Assembly: GCA_013239625.1 (NCBI GenBank)
Contig: MU054323.1
Coordinates: 13,439,950 to 13,503,949 of the forward strand
Reading direction: 5' to 3'
Source: Lama guanicoe
Taxonomy: Eukaryota
Length of the DNA stretch: 64,000 nucleotides
In this document: one piece after another, positions 12,416-25,103 of the stretch
Numbering within the stretch: position 1 is the first letter of the stretch
Layout of the letters: every line of letters starts with the position of its first letter
The notes under the pieces: generated by a model
Database searches by the model: none
What the model saw: the letters and a program-made list of their open reading frames with translations, nothing else
Told to the model about the DNA's origin: nothing
Translations under genes and position numbers: made by a program

Positions 12416-13505
12416 TCCTGTCCAGAGATTCTCTAAATATCCCAGTATTGCTTCTCAAAGTGTTACCTCAATGTAAAGAGAAGCTGGTTGAGACAGTTAA
12501 GTGTAGAGTGATCAACAGGTAGATAATAGAAAATAAACAGATAACTAATGGAATCCTATGAAGGACCCTAAGTAATAAGTTTTTAAAATTCTATCTTTAA
12601 AATTAATAAGTTTTTAAAGCATGGCATACATAGTATAAAAGATAAAAGAGCACAATATATGTATATCAGAAACAAAACTGTCCCCCATTCCAGATCTCCA
12701 CTCCCACTTTGCAGAATCAACCATATTTAAGCATCTTGTTAGAGAATGTTCACTTAACATTTTGAAAGAAGTCAAGAAGTACCCTGTATCAACAGTTTAT
12801 GCCAGTTTACACTTCCATCTACTATTCTATGGATGCTGATTTCACCATACTTCAATGGTATCACAAAAATCTGAAATTTTGATCAATCTGACATGTAAAA
12901 AATGACACCTAGATTTTATTTTTGTTTTTGTTGCATATAATTATGAGAAAAGTTAAACAACTTTGAGTAGCAAGACTGTGGACAATCTATTAATTTAGTA
13001 CAGATGGCTGGTTGATAAATGATAGACGGTTTATAAATTCAACATTATACATTCTTTCAAGCAAAAATATCTGCTTTTCTTGTTCACCTGACGTTTTCCT
13101 TTTGTTGAATCTTGCCTCGAAAAGTACTGCTTCACCTCCTTTTGAATGAAAAGAAACAATTATGGTAACCCCCCTTGTCCACCCCCTTCCTCGTTTCCCC
13201 CCTGGAAATTTGATTCTTATGGCACTTCTTTGAAAAATGAAGGCTTAGATGTAGGTTTGTTTATGGTTTATATACAAAATGAGACATCTCCAAACCCAAG
13301 CTTTGCTTATGGGAAATGACAACATATAGCCAAACCGAGGTTACAGGAAATTAAAGAAAATGTTGGCAATGGTACACACACCAAAGTTGAATTTTCCTTA
13401 ACTTGTTTATTGGTGTTCATTTGAAACACACACACACCTAAGACTGCTTTTTGAAATCAAATGCATTTCCTGCCTTCTTCTTTCCTCTGTACTCTTACGA
13501 CCAGC

Positions 13506-13871
13506 CTATTTATAGCCCAGGAAAGGAAAAAGCTCCGCTGGAGGCAGGAAAACTAAGTTCAGAAAGAATAGGAGGAAGTCTGCCTGCCATTTAGCCAAAC
13601 AACCTCTAATCCATTGAGCTCAAAGCTTAGCAGCTTCACTGTTGTCGTGAGGCGTAAACAGCTTGCAAATTCAATTTTTTTCCCTCTCCCCACTTCTGAA
13701 CTGGATTTGGGCAATGGAGGTGAATGCAGCAGGTTGGAAGAGAAAACAGGAATCTCTGGGTGTTTAGACACGTGGAAGAGAAGCTGGGCAGGAGTCAGTG
13801 AAGCAGAACGAGAGAGTCTTCCACAGAGGGATGAGCTTGAAATGATCCCATGTCTGTGAGTTAAGGTAAGT
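13506..13871 (+). promoter_or_regulatory. Candidate promoter and non-coding first exon (MEF2/TATA-like site, strong 5' splice donor)
   Basis: CTATTTATAG at 13506-13515, FOX motif GTAAACA at 13654-13660, E-box CACGTG at 13769-13774, donor AAG|GTAAGT at 13865/13866, all in repeat-free unique DNA. Confidence 0.45.
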
Positions 13872-16639
13872 GCCCTTTTCCAGACCATCCATTGTTGCGT
13901 ATACATGCACATCACGCACTGTGGGTATCAGCCACAGACATGGTGTATATAACCGGAGGGCAGATCCTCATGCAGGGCTCAGAAGCTTTACTTATATCTC
14001 TGAAGAAACGTAGAAATCAGCCTCAGTGATATGACATCTTTGGTTTTTAACAATAATACATATTTTTTAGCTAGTGGTTTTCTTAAGATAGCTTTATCTC
14101 CACTAAGTTTTCTTTGGCTTCATTATCAGCAGGAAATTAAATAGTTTACATAATTTCATAGAAGGTCCTTTCTGAAAGATAATTTCTTGATATTTGTCTG
14201 TTTTTCTATCCTTTGCAAAGTACTGATTAAGAATTCATCTACTTTTTTAAATCAATACTGGTTTAGAATATATTTAATAGACAGGCCCTCAAGCAAAGGT
14301 CTATTTTAGAAAAGTTATTTTAACTAAAATTTAAATTTTGTATAAAATTAAGTGAAGATTAAATTTTTTTAATGATAAGCTTTTCCTGAACATTTATTTT
14401 CAGACTAAGGAAAACCTTCTAGAAGCACAAAAAACAGTATTTAGCAACTCCAGTGACAGAAACTGTTCACAATCATTATTTCATTTAACTTATTATTTCA
14501 AAACAGTCATTCAACATATATTTTCTGAGTGATCTGAAAAAATGTCCCTGGGTTGGAAGTGGAAAGGTCGAAAGGGAATCCAAGAGCAGCTGATGCTGCC
14601 CACAAAAGCTTGGAAAGCTCCGAGGGACATTCCAACTTCGTTTAACATTCCTTGCCATCAGACAAGTGCGTTTGTTTAGATGATGCACCATGTTTGCCTC
14701 TATCGCCGATAATACCACATTTGTGTCCTGGAGAAACTTGAGTAATGTCACCACGATGTCAAAGGAGTGAGGTTCTGGTGGTTTACTGAAGAGGAAGAGC
14801 AGGAGGAGATGTGTTGCTGTTATTTTGGCTTATCCCAGTTTGAGATTGGTATGTTTAGAATCTGTCGTAAGAAGATAGCAGAGCTGGAAGCTGGAAAAGC
14901 TGAGCTGGCCAGACTGCAGCGAACGCAGGAGGCCACTCTCAGTTCTGTCTCAGTGTGGCTCTCACTGGCTGTTCTCTTTCCTGGAAGAATTTAAGGGTTA
15001 TTTTCTTCTGATTAGAAAATTGTAATTCATTCCATGGAAACAGCAGAGTCTAATATTCTTGAATAGAAAGAGCAGTATTTCTTAGCTGAATTTAGGTTGT
15101 TAAAAATAGAGGGAAACAAAATCTGGACAAATATGATGGGTCTGAAGAAACAAAACAAACTCTTAGCCCTTGTCTCCAGGACACTCCAGTGCGGCAAAGT
15201 CAATTCTGAATCCATTTTATTATTTCCACAAAGTGAAATCTAAGGTAGTCTAATTAATTGCTGCTCCACGTGGGTCTAGCGCTAGAGATGTTGTGTACAG
15301 TTGATCCTGATTTCTGTTGATCTTGAATTTTTTTTCCTTTTATAGTTTCAAAATAACATTTCTCATTTGACGCATTTGCATGTTTACATCATGAGGATAA
15401 AAATGTTTTAAACACTATTACAGGCTTAAATAATAGAAACAATGATGAGTTACGCATTTTATTCTAAGAATATATATTTTTTCACTTTTAAAAGTCTTGT
15501 TCATCATTCATTTCTGGATGCCCACAGATGCTTATAAATGTATTCATGAAATACCACTTACTTAAAACAGAGTTCTTGGGAATGGCCTAATAGTTTCACA
15601 GCTTCCTTGATGTATTCTTAAGCCACGGAGAATATTTTAAGTTATTAGAGTTGCCTGATTTTTTGAAAAGAAAAAATTGTCATTTTTTTAAGCTCCTCGA
15701 TTAATTAAACAGAAATTTATTTCCTGGTTTCCAGTATAGCTCCTACAACCACTTATGTTTACAGGTTACACTGTATAGTCACCCTTGACCCTCACCTTTG
15801 AATATAAGTGAAATCAGATTACTGAAGAGACAGTGCGGAATGTTCAGAAATTTAGATGTCACCAAATGTAATCCACAACTTGGAGGAGGTGCTGAAGGAG
15901 GTGCGTCGGGAGAAGTGTGCCAAGCCGTACCCACCTGGACTGATGCTGTGGGTGGGGGGGAGCTGCATATTGACTTTCATTGGTCTATGAGCACCTTAAA
16001 TCCAGACGAGTAGCCTCTGCAGGTTCTTTTTCTCCTACACTCTCATCCCTTCACATCCTTTATTACAGGTCAGCAGCACCACCACTGAAGTAGATTTATT
16101 AAGTTCTCCTACTTACAATACAACCTCTGCCTTTGATAAACTCAACATTTACATGGAGAGAACTATAGGGGGACGTAAGACAACCTATGTATGGAACCAA
16201 ATGAATGATGTAGATGAGTGCAGATAAGGAAGGCGCGATCCAGGCAGGCTTCACAGAGGGATGAGGTTTGAGCTAAGCCTTGAAAGAAGAGTAGAAGGAG
16301 ATCTGTATAGCAAGAGATAAGAACTTCCAAGACGAGAATGGAGCTGTGTGCACAGGCAGATAGGAATGTACCTGGGTTGCCAGATGAAATGCAGGCTTCC
16401 ACTTCCATGTGAATTCCAGATAACATATGCTTGTTCTGAAAGAGGATGTCCTATTGCACACGTGTGTATGAGACTTATTGCATGGGACATACTTATACAA
16501 AATATATTTGTTGTTTCTCTGACTTATGTTTAACTGGGTGTCCTGTGTTTTTTATTTCCTACATCTGGCGGTCCTACCAGGGAACTGTGGCTGGATAGGA
16601 CAGCTTGACAGGAGCAGGGACAATGCACACATGGAGCAA

Positions 16640-17090
16640 GAGAGAAGCATCTGGAGGAGGCTGGGGTCAGATGGCAGAGGGACAGTAATGCCAGACTAAA
16701 GAATTTAGAATCTAATTTTTAGACACTGGGGAGCCACTGAGGATTTTGGAAAGGGAAATTACATCAATAAGATCTGCCCATTCAAGGCAGGACCTTCCGA
16801 GGCCTGGGTGCTGGTGACAACAGAAAGAAACCAACTAGCCGAAGACAGGTTAGAGAACAAATCCACATTTTGTAAACTAATTGGATATGGTTTTAGGAGG
16901 AGAGGACATGTTAGAGAGGATGTCATGTGTCATGGTCTGTTCGAAGAAACAGTTCAAGATATAGCAGCAGGTCAGGGAGTTGGGGGGCAAGGATTTTGGT
17001 TTCAGACGCATTCAATTTGAGATGATGATGGGATAATCGAGTGGACAGCTGGAAATGGGAAACAGCTTAGGAGGAAGGTAAGGGCCGGAA
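16640..17090 (-). mobile_element. L2 LINE fragments
   Basis: Purine-rich antisense L2 signatures (ggggtcagat...aagaatttagaatctaatt...ggggagccactgaggattttg; tttggtttcagacgcattcaatttgagatg). Confidence 0.6.
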
Positions 17091-17094
17091 ATAA

Positions 17095-17240
17095 TGACAA
17101 CACCCACTACTGATGGGGCATTTTCTATATGCTAAGCTTTTTACATCCATTCTCTTATTCACAACCACCTACGGGCAGGTTCCACGGCCAGCCCTACTGA
17201 ATATATGAGAAAACCGAGGCTCACAGAGGTGAAGTCACCT
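17095..17240 (-). mobile_element. MIR SINE
   Basis: ttattcacaaccacct...atgagaaaaccgaggctcacagaggtgaagtcac antisense MIR core. Confidence 0.7.
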
Positions 17241-17374
17241 CTTTATTTTAATATTTATTACCTAAATTGTTTTTTTCCTTTAGTGCCTCATTTTAAGATT
17301 TCTCCTCAGTTACCTCATGAAGTAAAGACTATGCTGAAAACAGGACCAAGCGTGTGAACTCCTCTCCCTGTCCC

Positions 17375-17393
17375 TGGCTGCCCTCTAGTGGCA
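17375..17393 (-). promoter_or_regulatory. CTCF-binding motif
   Basis: Minus strand reads TGCCACTAGAGGGCAGCCA, matching the CCASYAGRKGGCRS core at every position. Confidence 0.7.
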
Positions 17394-17814
17394 CAATCAG
17401 GTAACAATGCCCAGCCTAGGTCAAGGACAGCTCAGGCAGCCTAGAAGCAAGCTCCTTAGGAAACCAAGAGGTCACAGAATCACAGCAGAATCATCTGTGG
17501 GCTCCTAAAAGGTTTAGAAGCCAGCTGTGCTAGGAGATTCTGGAAAGGACATCATGGAATTATTTACACCCTTACAGCTGGCTGGTCGGAAGGGCATTTT
17601 GGATAGATCCATTTTAGATTTACCTTAAACTTTGTAATTATTGAAAGTATTTCATTTGTGTATCCTGTTAGGAAAGGTATGTACATTAAGTTTGGTTATT
17701 AAATTTTTAATGCACATCTGTGCCTTAACTGTGACAAAAGTTTCCTAGATCTGTTACTCTAAATATTTTATTTCGAAGTATCCAATATATTCTTTAGTGA
17801 AAAGTAAATAGTCT

Positions 17815-18240
17815 ATCTTTTAGGAATATATCCCAAGGAAACATTCATAGATTGAGACAAAAATGTATGTAAAAGAAAACTTATTTGAAACAGACAAATT
17901 TTGGACAAATATACAAAATAAGGGAATTGCTAAATACTATTCCTCAATATGGAATTTCATATAGCCACTAAATTACTTTAAAATATTTAATGGCATCAGA
18001 AACACTTCATAGTTAAGTGAAAAAGAGAAGGCAAAAATTATATACATCAAATGATCCCATTTTCTTAAAAATCATAAATGTATGTACGAAAAAGGGTTAA
18101 GACTTAAAAATTCATACACCAAAATGTTAATAATAAGACTCTCTGGTTGTTGAGGTAATGCTGATTTTTATTTTCTACTTTGTCTCCAGGATAAGCATGT
18201 TCTACTTTTCAAATGAGGCACAAAAATCAGTATGTTTTGA
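17815..18240 (+). mobile_element. Ancient L1ME-type 3' fragment
   Basis: taggaatatatcccaaggaaa...atggaatttcatatagccactaaa...catacaccaaaatgttaa. Confidence 0.55.
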
Positions 18241-19351
18241 AAAAGTGGAGAAATAAGTCCCAGTGCTCTAATTCCTTGCTGCCATGGCTGACGATCAGGT
18301 TTGTGCTAATTCAGCCCCATTTAGGCTTCTCTGCCCAGTACAGAGCTGTATCCTGTTTGTGACAGCATAATTCATTGTAATGGAAAAGATTATGATGCAC
18401 TAGTCTGGTCTATGACTTCACTGTATTCATCAGCAACAGGAAACAAAGACGGATACTTGTTTTTTTTTCATAATTGTTTTAGTAATAATTGACAATTGGA
18501 GGAAATGAATGGCAGAAAACAATTATGGGCAGACAAGATGGTCAGCAAATCAGGCTGGGAAATGCAGTGGGGCCTATCTTAGTTCTATTCATGCAACACT
18601 TTCAGAACATTACAAAGATATTGTTTTGTTTTCAATCTACTCCAGAAATCACTATTGTTTTTACCAGCAGTTACACAACTCTTTGCTGGCAGCAATGACC
18701 CCCAATGTGTTTTTAATTCAGTAATCTGGTAATCCCACATCAGGAATTTGGGACTGAAGTTTTCATGTATATTATTATTCAGGGTCAGTGTGAACGCCCT
18801 GTGCGTGTGTCCAGTAATGATGCTCCTGTAATAACAACTAGTTACCTGTTGCCCCTACATAGAATCTTGGAAGTTTTTATTTTCCATTACATTTTAAAAA
18901 ATCAAATTCATGGTTCCATTTCCTATGAAAAGATTCCTCATCTTCATTTTAGCAGCAATGGTTGGGGGAAACAAACAACAAAAAGTCAAAACAAGTGAAT
19001 TCATGATTCACTCTCCTGTTTCCATGCTGTGAAATAAGTACAGTTAATAACAGCTAAGATGAAAATGAAGGATGTGCTATCAACTGGGAAAGAGCTAAGT
19101 AAGGCAGGTATTACATACACTGCGTGACATTTATCTCTACCAGTGTCCATAGACATGACCTCACAGTCCTGTTGGGTACTATTACAATGCTTTGGATGGG
19201 AAACTAAACCAGCCGGGGCTGCTCTAACCTTTACTCCTGGTCATATTTTCTTCTGATTAGCCTGATTTAGAGTAAAATTCTGCAGCAGCTCTCATTTCCA
19301 ATCTTAAAAGACCAATGACTGGTCATGTGATTTATTATGGCAGCCTCTAGA

Positions 19352-19690
19352 CCAGTGCTGTCCACTAGAAATATAAAGTGAGTCACATATGTGAGCCACA
19401 AATGTCATTTTATATTTTCTAGTGGCCTATTAGGAAAGTAAAGAGAGAAAGGTACAAATTAATTTTAAAAATCTCATCTATTGAACTCAATACAGCTGAG
19501 ACATTATCATTTCAAAATGCAATCAATATAAAAGATTATTAATGAGATCCATTACCTTCTTCATTTTGGGTGCTGAGACTTTGAAATCCCATGTGTAGTT
19601 TATGCTTGTTGCATATCTCAGTTCAGATGAGCCTCGTTCCTCGTGCTCAGTAGCTTCAGATGCCCAGGGTCTAGTGTACTGGGCAGTGCA
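19352..19690. mobile_element. MER33 hAT-Charlie DNA transposon, near full length
   Basis: cagtgctgtccactagaaatata...attatcatttcaaaatgcaatcaatataaaa...tttgaaatcc...ctgggcagtgca colinear with recalled MER33 consensus. Confidence 0.8.
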
Positions 19691-20155
19691 AACCCCAGCA
19701 GAAGAGCTGCAGTGCTCCCACCAGTACAGAAAGAGCATGTGAAGCTTGGTATCCGTTCAGAACTCAACAGTCTTCCCCATTCTGATGCATTCAGCAGGCC
19801 ACGCTTACAACTGTCAACTCCAACTGAACTGCTGAAAAGCAAGCAAAGGATTGACAGTTGTTGAATTTTGGCCTCTTAGAACAATCCGACTGTTCATTGG
19901 ATCAAATGGAATGTTGCGTAACTATGGATTCCTGAATTGAGGATAAAGGTAATAGAGGTTTATAAAAAACTCTCAATTTTTGAAATCTGGATTATATGAT
20001 TATAAGAAACTTTATTTTATCTTGATGTTTCCAAGTGAATTTAGGCATGGGAACAGATTATAATACATAGCCTAAAATGAACTTCTAGGAAACATTATAG
20101 ATACTGTGCTCTTAATAGTGCATAGAACTTAGTACAAAGAAAGAAATCTTTAGCA

Positions 20156-20158
<3 letters not shown>

Positions 20159-20193
<35 letters not shown>
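20159..20193. repeat. (CA)17 microsatellite
   Basis: Perfect dinucleotide run. Confidence 0.98.
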
Positions 20194-20196
<3 letters not shown>

Positions 20197-20930
20197 CCTT
20201 CTACCATTGTGACAGTTTCTGATGTGTCTTCTGCATTCTGCATTGTCTTATTTGAAGGGTAGGAAGTATGCTTCAATAATCCTGTGTAACTACTATGCCC
20301 TGGGGACTCTCATGCCAGTCAGCTGGAGGGATAAAGATAGCTCTGTGTGCTAAGTATGGAGACACAAAAATAGAACTGATGGAGTGGATAAAACTAAAAG
20401 ATATTGTAGGTTCTCAAGGCCCCACCAATGGCAGGGACCTGGAAACAAAGGCTTCTAAAGTCCTGGCAATGAGTTGCAGCCAACTGAACGATCATATTTT
20501 GGGTTCATTTCCGATTCCATGAAGTTTTGGTTATAGAGTGAGAGTTAAAGCAGTTGGAAAATTCTAAAATCAAAATAAAAGTTAAAGACATTTAACATAT
20601 AAATAATGACCATCTGTTACATGATATACAAATTAGAATTGCTCCAAAAAATTGTTTTTAAGAATGTTCTTGGCCCTCTGAATTGACTTTCCATTTTTCC
20701 CATAGAAACCACTTTGTAACTTTATAAGGAATGATTGGTATGTGCACCTAAAATATCATATGCTTACAATGAAATCACTACAATGTATTTATAATGTATT
20801 CACAGTGCATTACATTAAATTATTATTCTTAAATCATAATTTATAATGTATTAATCATTAAATTATTTCAATGCATTTATACTGAAATATAACCATTAAT
20901 GTACTGTTTCTACATTAATACATTATACCA

Positions 20931-20997
20931 TACATTAATACTGTGTTAATAACTAGATTACATTAATACTGTGTTAATAACTAGATTACATTAATAC
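20931..20997. repeat. 28-bp tandem repeat (~2.4 copies) within an AT-rich tract
   Basis: tacattaatactgtgttaataactagat at 20931-20958 and 20959-20986 plus a partial third copy. Confidence 0.95.
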
Positions 20998-23900
20998 ATT
21001 AATAATATATTAATAAGTAACCCAAATAGAAAAATAATACATTGAATCAACTCACAATCTCCATCTACCAAAGCAAAAGCACTGACAGAGAATCTCGGAA
21101 GTGCCAGGTGCTCTATCAGGAGCCAGGAAAAACAAAAGATAAATTACATTTATTTTCTTTGCTAATGTTGGTAGAAAAGCAAATTCACTAGAGAAGAATG
21201 AGGAAATGGATGGAATTCTTTTCTAAGGAGACAGCCTTATCTACACGATGCGAAGGTGGAGAAGGCCTTTTCATTTCTGTATCTAATTTTACTTCTAAAC
21301 TTTGGTTTTGCCTTTTCCACTCAGTTTTTTTTCCCACCACCACATTAACATCACTAGGGGAATTCATCCTTAAGGGTTGAGATACTGTTTTTCAAATACC
21401 TGCTTTTAAGACAAAATATATGATGTAATAAGTGAGATGGAGGAATATTTGATGGCAGTGGAATATTTAAGAATACTTAATGACATTAGCAATATGATAT
21501 TGAAAAGCAGACTGAAAATCTATAGGCTTGTTATTAATTTTAGAAAAGATAAGAAAGATATTTATTAGTTACCTATTTCTGTGAAACAAGTCACTCCCAT
21601 GCCAAGCACCTTTAATGAGCAATTGCAATCAGGTGTCAGGTAGGGCATTTACACAGTGACACAATGACAATATTTTGGAAGCTAGAAAGCAGATGGCTGA
21701 CTACTAATTCAACAGTGGAAACCAGAAAATCAATCCGATTTGCACTAGAGAACCCTTCAAAGACTCAGGAATTAGTGGCACCAGGTACCATTAAAACTGT
21801 AGGTAAAGCTGAGACTAACATAGGGAAGACTGGCTGAAAATCTTCCTAAAGCAGTTAGGTTCCCAGATCCTGTCCCCTCCTTTATTCAATACCAGGATAC
21901 TGGAAGCTTACTCTCTCAAGAGGAAAAAATAAGGGTGTTTAGACTGGGGGACACCGGGCTTTGGATGAGGCCCAGCTCAAGGTGGGCACATTATACTTGA
22001 ACTCAGAGAACTAAAGTTAAGACCCAGACCTCTTCTTCCACTTGGCTCCCAGAACACGGTAGGCAAAGCAGAAAAAGTGACTTCTAATAGGTTCTAGGTT
22101 TTATATCTTAAGATGTGGCCATAGAAGAAGGGTGTTCTGGTGCCATCTGAAAAACGTGGGGAAGGGACTTATTAGGTGATGGAATTGTCTGCCTGAATCA
22201 GGAGTTTACCCCTGAAACACTCCAATGTGGCCAAAGCAAAAGAGGTACTATGACTGGCCCAGTCTGCATCACATGCATCCTTGGACCGATGACCTTTAAC
22301 CAATAGATTAAGGAAGTACCAAAGGTAGGATGGGCAGATGGGATTGTTGTCGTAGGTGTGCGAGAGGAGAGTGGGCGTATCAGGTGGGCCGTACTCTAGG
22401 TGTCAACTAAAATTCTCAGCCTCCTTTGTAGAAGATGATGTTATGCAGGCAAAGGTACTAAGAAGGCTTAAAATTGTCTCACAAGGGTAAGAAATGAGTA
22501 CACTTCACATTTCTACAGTACATTACGGGTTTTCAAAGTACTTTTTTTCTATACTATTTCCCTTGCTTTCCAGAAAAATCTGGAGATACTACCATTCCCA
22601 CTTATTGATTATTAAGGAGGATTCATAATGGGAATGCGGTGGACTCACTCACTACCCCCTAACTCGATTAAGGCAGAGCTAATATGAGAAATCCTGTCTT
22701 TTGATTCATAGTCTGGTGCAATTTCTTTTTTAGCATCCCAGTGATGAGTCCAGGATCACAGATTCCTAGATAATTGGGCGGGGAACAACATCTGGAGCTG
22801 CTGTTTACAGGCAATGAACCGCAGGACCATTCAGAGTCTCCTAGTGTCTCGCCCACAATTCCCGGCACATCAACCCCAACACGTGTGGAATCAGTAGCGG
22901 CCGGGAGAGGCCTGCCAAACGCACACAGCCCAGAGGAGCCACGTGGCCTCCTTTTGGAATAAGACTAAAGAATTAAGTTCTGGGAAGAATTTTCCATCTG
23001 TTTTCCAGATAAGATTGATTAGAATGATCTATCCAGTTTCACAGATTTCATGAAAGAATGGATGAAGGTCCCGTCTGGCCTGGTTAAATTTAGTTTCACA
23101 TTTCTCGGTAGAGTTCTAGCTCTACTGTGCAGGGAAGGCCTCTTCTTTACCTTCAGAGCCCCTCTGGGGAAGAGGAGCCCCAGGTCCCTGACACGAGCCC
23201 CACCCTGCCCTGAGGCCTTGCTTTAGGTAGGAGGGGCTGCACTGTTTGCTGCAGGCCAGCTGGATAGCAGACAGCCTCATTTACCTTTTTGCTGAGGTTA
23301 CAGCAGGGAAGCACATTTCCCTTTGCCAGATCTTTTCGTCTCCCTTCAACTTCCCTGACGCTCTTTCCTCCCCACCAAGTCAGTTCCCTTTGTTATTTTT
23401 GGTATAAAGAACTTTCCTTCAGTTATTTTCAAGGCTTCAGAGAAGCAGTTTAAGGAAGTTGAGTTAGGGAGAAGTCTCTGAGCCTTTTATCTGTGTGTGT
23501 GTGTGTGTATATACACACACACCCTACACCTGTGGGACTGAATGGATTAAAAATGGATCCATCTTTTTGTTTCTTACTTAAGGAGAGTCTTTCCATTTTA
23601 ACGTGAATTCACACAATCAACACTGATCATGGGTATTTTTATTCTCTATTTACCATTCTGTTTCTCTCCTCTCCTGCTTTCTTTTGGATTTTTCCAGTTT
23701 TCTGTATTTTAATTCCTCCCCTCTAATGTTTTGGGAGTTATGTAATCTATTTCTTTTCTTTTAGTAATTATACTTAAAAATGTAAATCCATATTTGATAT
23801 AGCAAAGCCTAATGTAAATATCTTCATAGTTACATCTTTTGAATGACATAAAAGAAATCTTCTGAATAACATAAAGACCTTAGAAACCTTTCTTTCTGAT

Positions 23901-24795
23901 CTCATGCTGCCATCTTTCATATTACTACTGTTGAAATGTTTAGCTCCACTTTTTTTAAAACAATTTGGTTGAGGTATAATTGACATATAATAAAAATACA
24001 CAATTTGATGTCCTGACATATGTATATATCCATAATATGTATCGTGACAGTAAAGACAGTAATCAACCATTAAAAAAAACCAATCGAGTTCACACACAAA
24101 CACGCCTGGTTGATGTAAACTTGCTTTACTTAAGGAGTTCCATTGCTTCTGGACAGAAATAACTATGATAATGACCATTCACCTAAGTCCACTAGGCATT
24201 CTGCCAAGTGCTTTACATGACGTAATTGATTAGTATTTCTCATTACTTTCTTTATTGTCTTTAATTTTAATTATAAAACCAATACAGGTTTATTATAAAT
24301 GGATGTACTCAATACCAAAATGAATAGTAGAGGAAAGACTTGCAATGTGATTTTTTCTTCAGAATAGATACATGTTTATCGCTTCTTGTCACTGCAAATA
24401 CTTTCTATGCATTTGAAAACATACGTGATTGTAATAAAAATCGGGCTAAGGCACAGTGGGGTTTTCTTGGGCCTAAAGCAATAGTCATTTATGCATAATG
24501 TTTTTGCTTTTTTCACTTATTACATCAAAGCCATCTTACCATCCACCCTTTTCATGGCTGCATGATATATACAGCATTGAATTAATACATTGTGATTATT
24601 TTGATTAATCTCTTATTTTTAGGTTGTCTCCTTTTTATTGTTGTTATTACAAATGTTGCAATGAACTTGTCTTACATATATCTTTGTGCATTTATCATTT
24701 TTATTGGATAAAACTCTGAAAAGCATGATTTCCAACCCAGAGAGCCACCATCTGAGTTGAGTATTAGTTCCCTTTTACAATTGAGGAATCTCATA

Positions 24796-25103
24796 TAGGT
24801 TTTCCTCTACTTACAGTGTGGTCATGTCTCAATAAACTCATCGTAAGCTGAGACTATCACAGGTGGAGAATGCATTTAACTTACCTAACATACTGGACAT
24901 CGTAGCTTGGCTTAGCCTAACTTCAATGTGCTCAGAACACCTGCTTTAGCATACAGCCAGGCAAAATAACCTAACACACAACTAACCCAGGAAAAGAGCA
25001 AAATTCAGAATTCTGTACAGTTTCTACTGAATGTATACAGCTTTCACACTACCATCAAATCGAAAAACTGTAAGTCGAACCATGGTAAATCAGAGACTGT
25101 CTG
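24796..25103. mobile_element. MER47-like TcMar-Tigger element nested in a MIR
   Basis: ctctacttacagtg...ataaactcatcgtaagctga...gtgctcagaacac...tttctactgaatg...taagtcgaaccatggtaaatcagagactgtctg; TA dinucleotides at 24794-95 and 25104-05; MIR core on both sides. Confidence 0.8.

Noticed and set aside
21690..22060. Possible ancient L1 5' region fragment
   Set aside because: Resemblance to recalled L1ME/MD 5' sequence is too weak to annotate without an alignment
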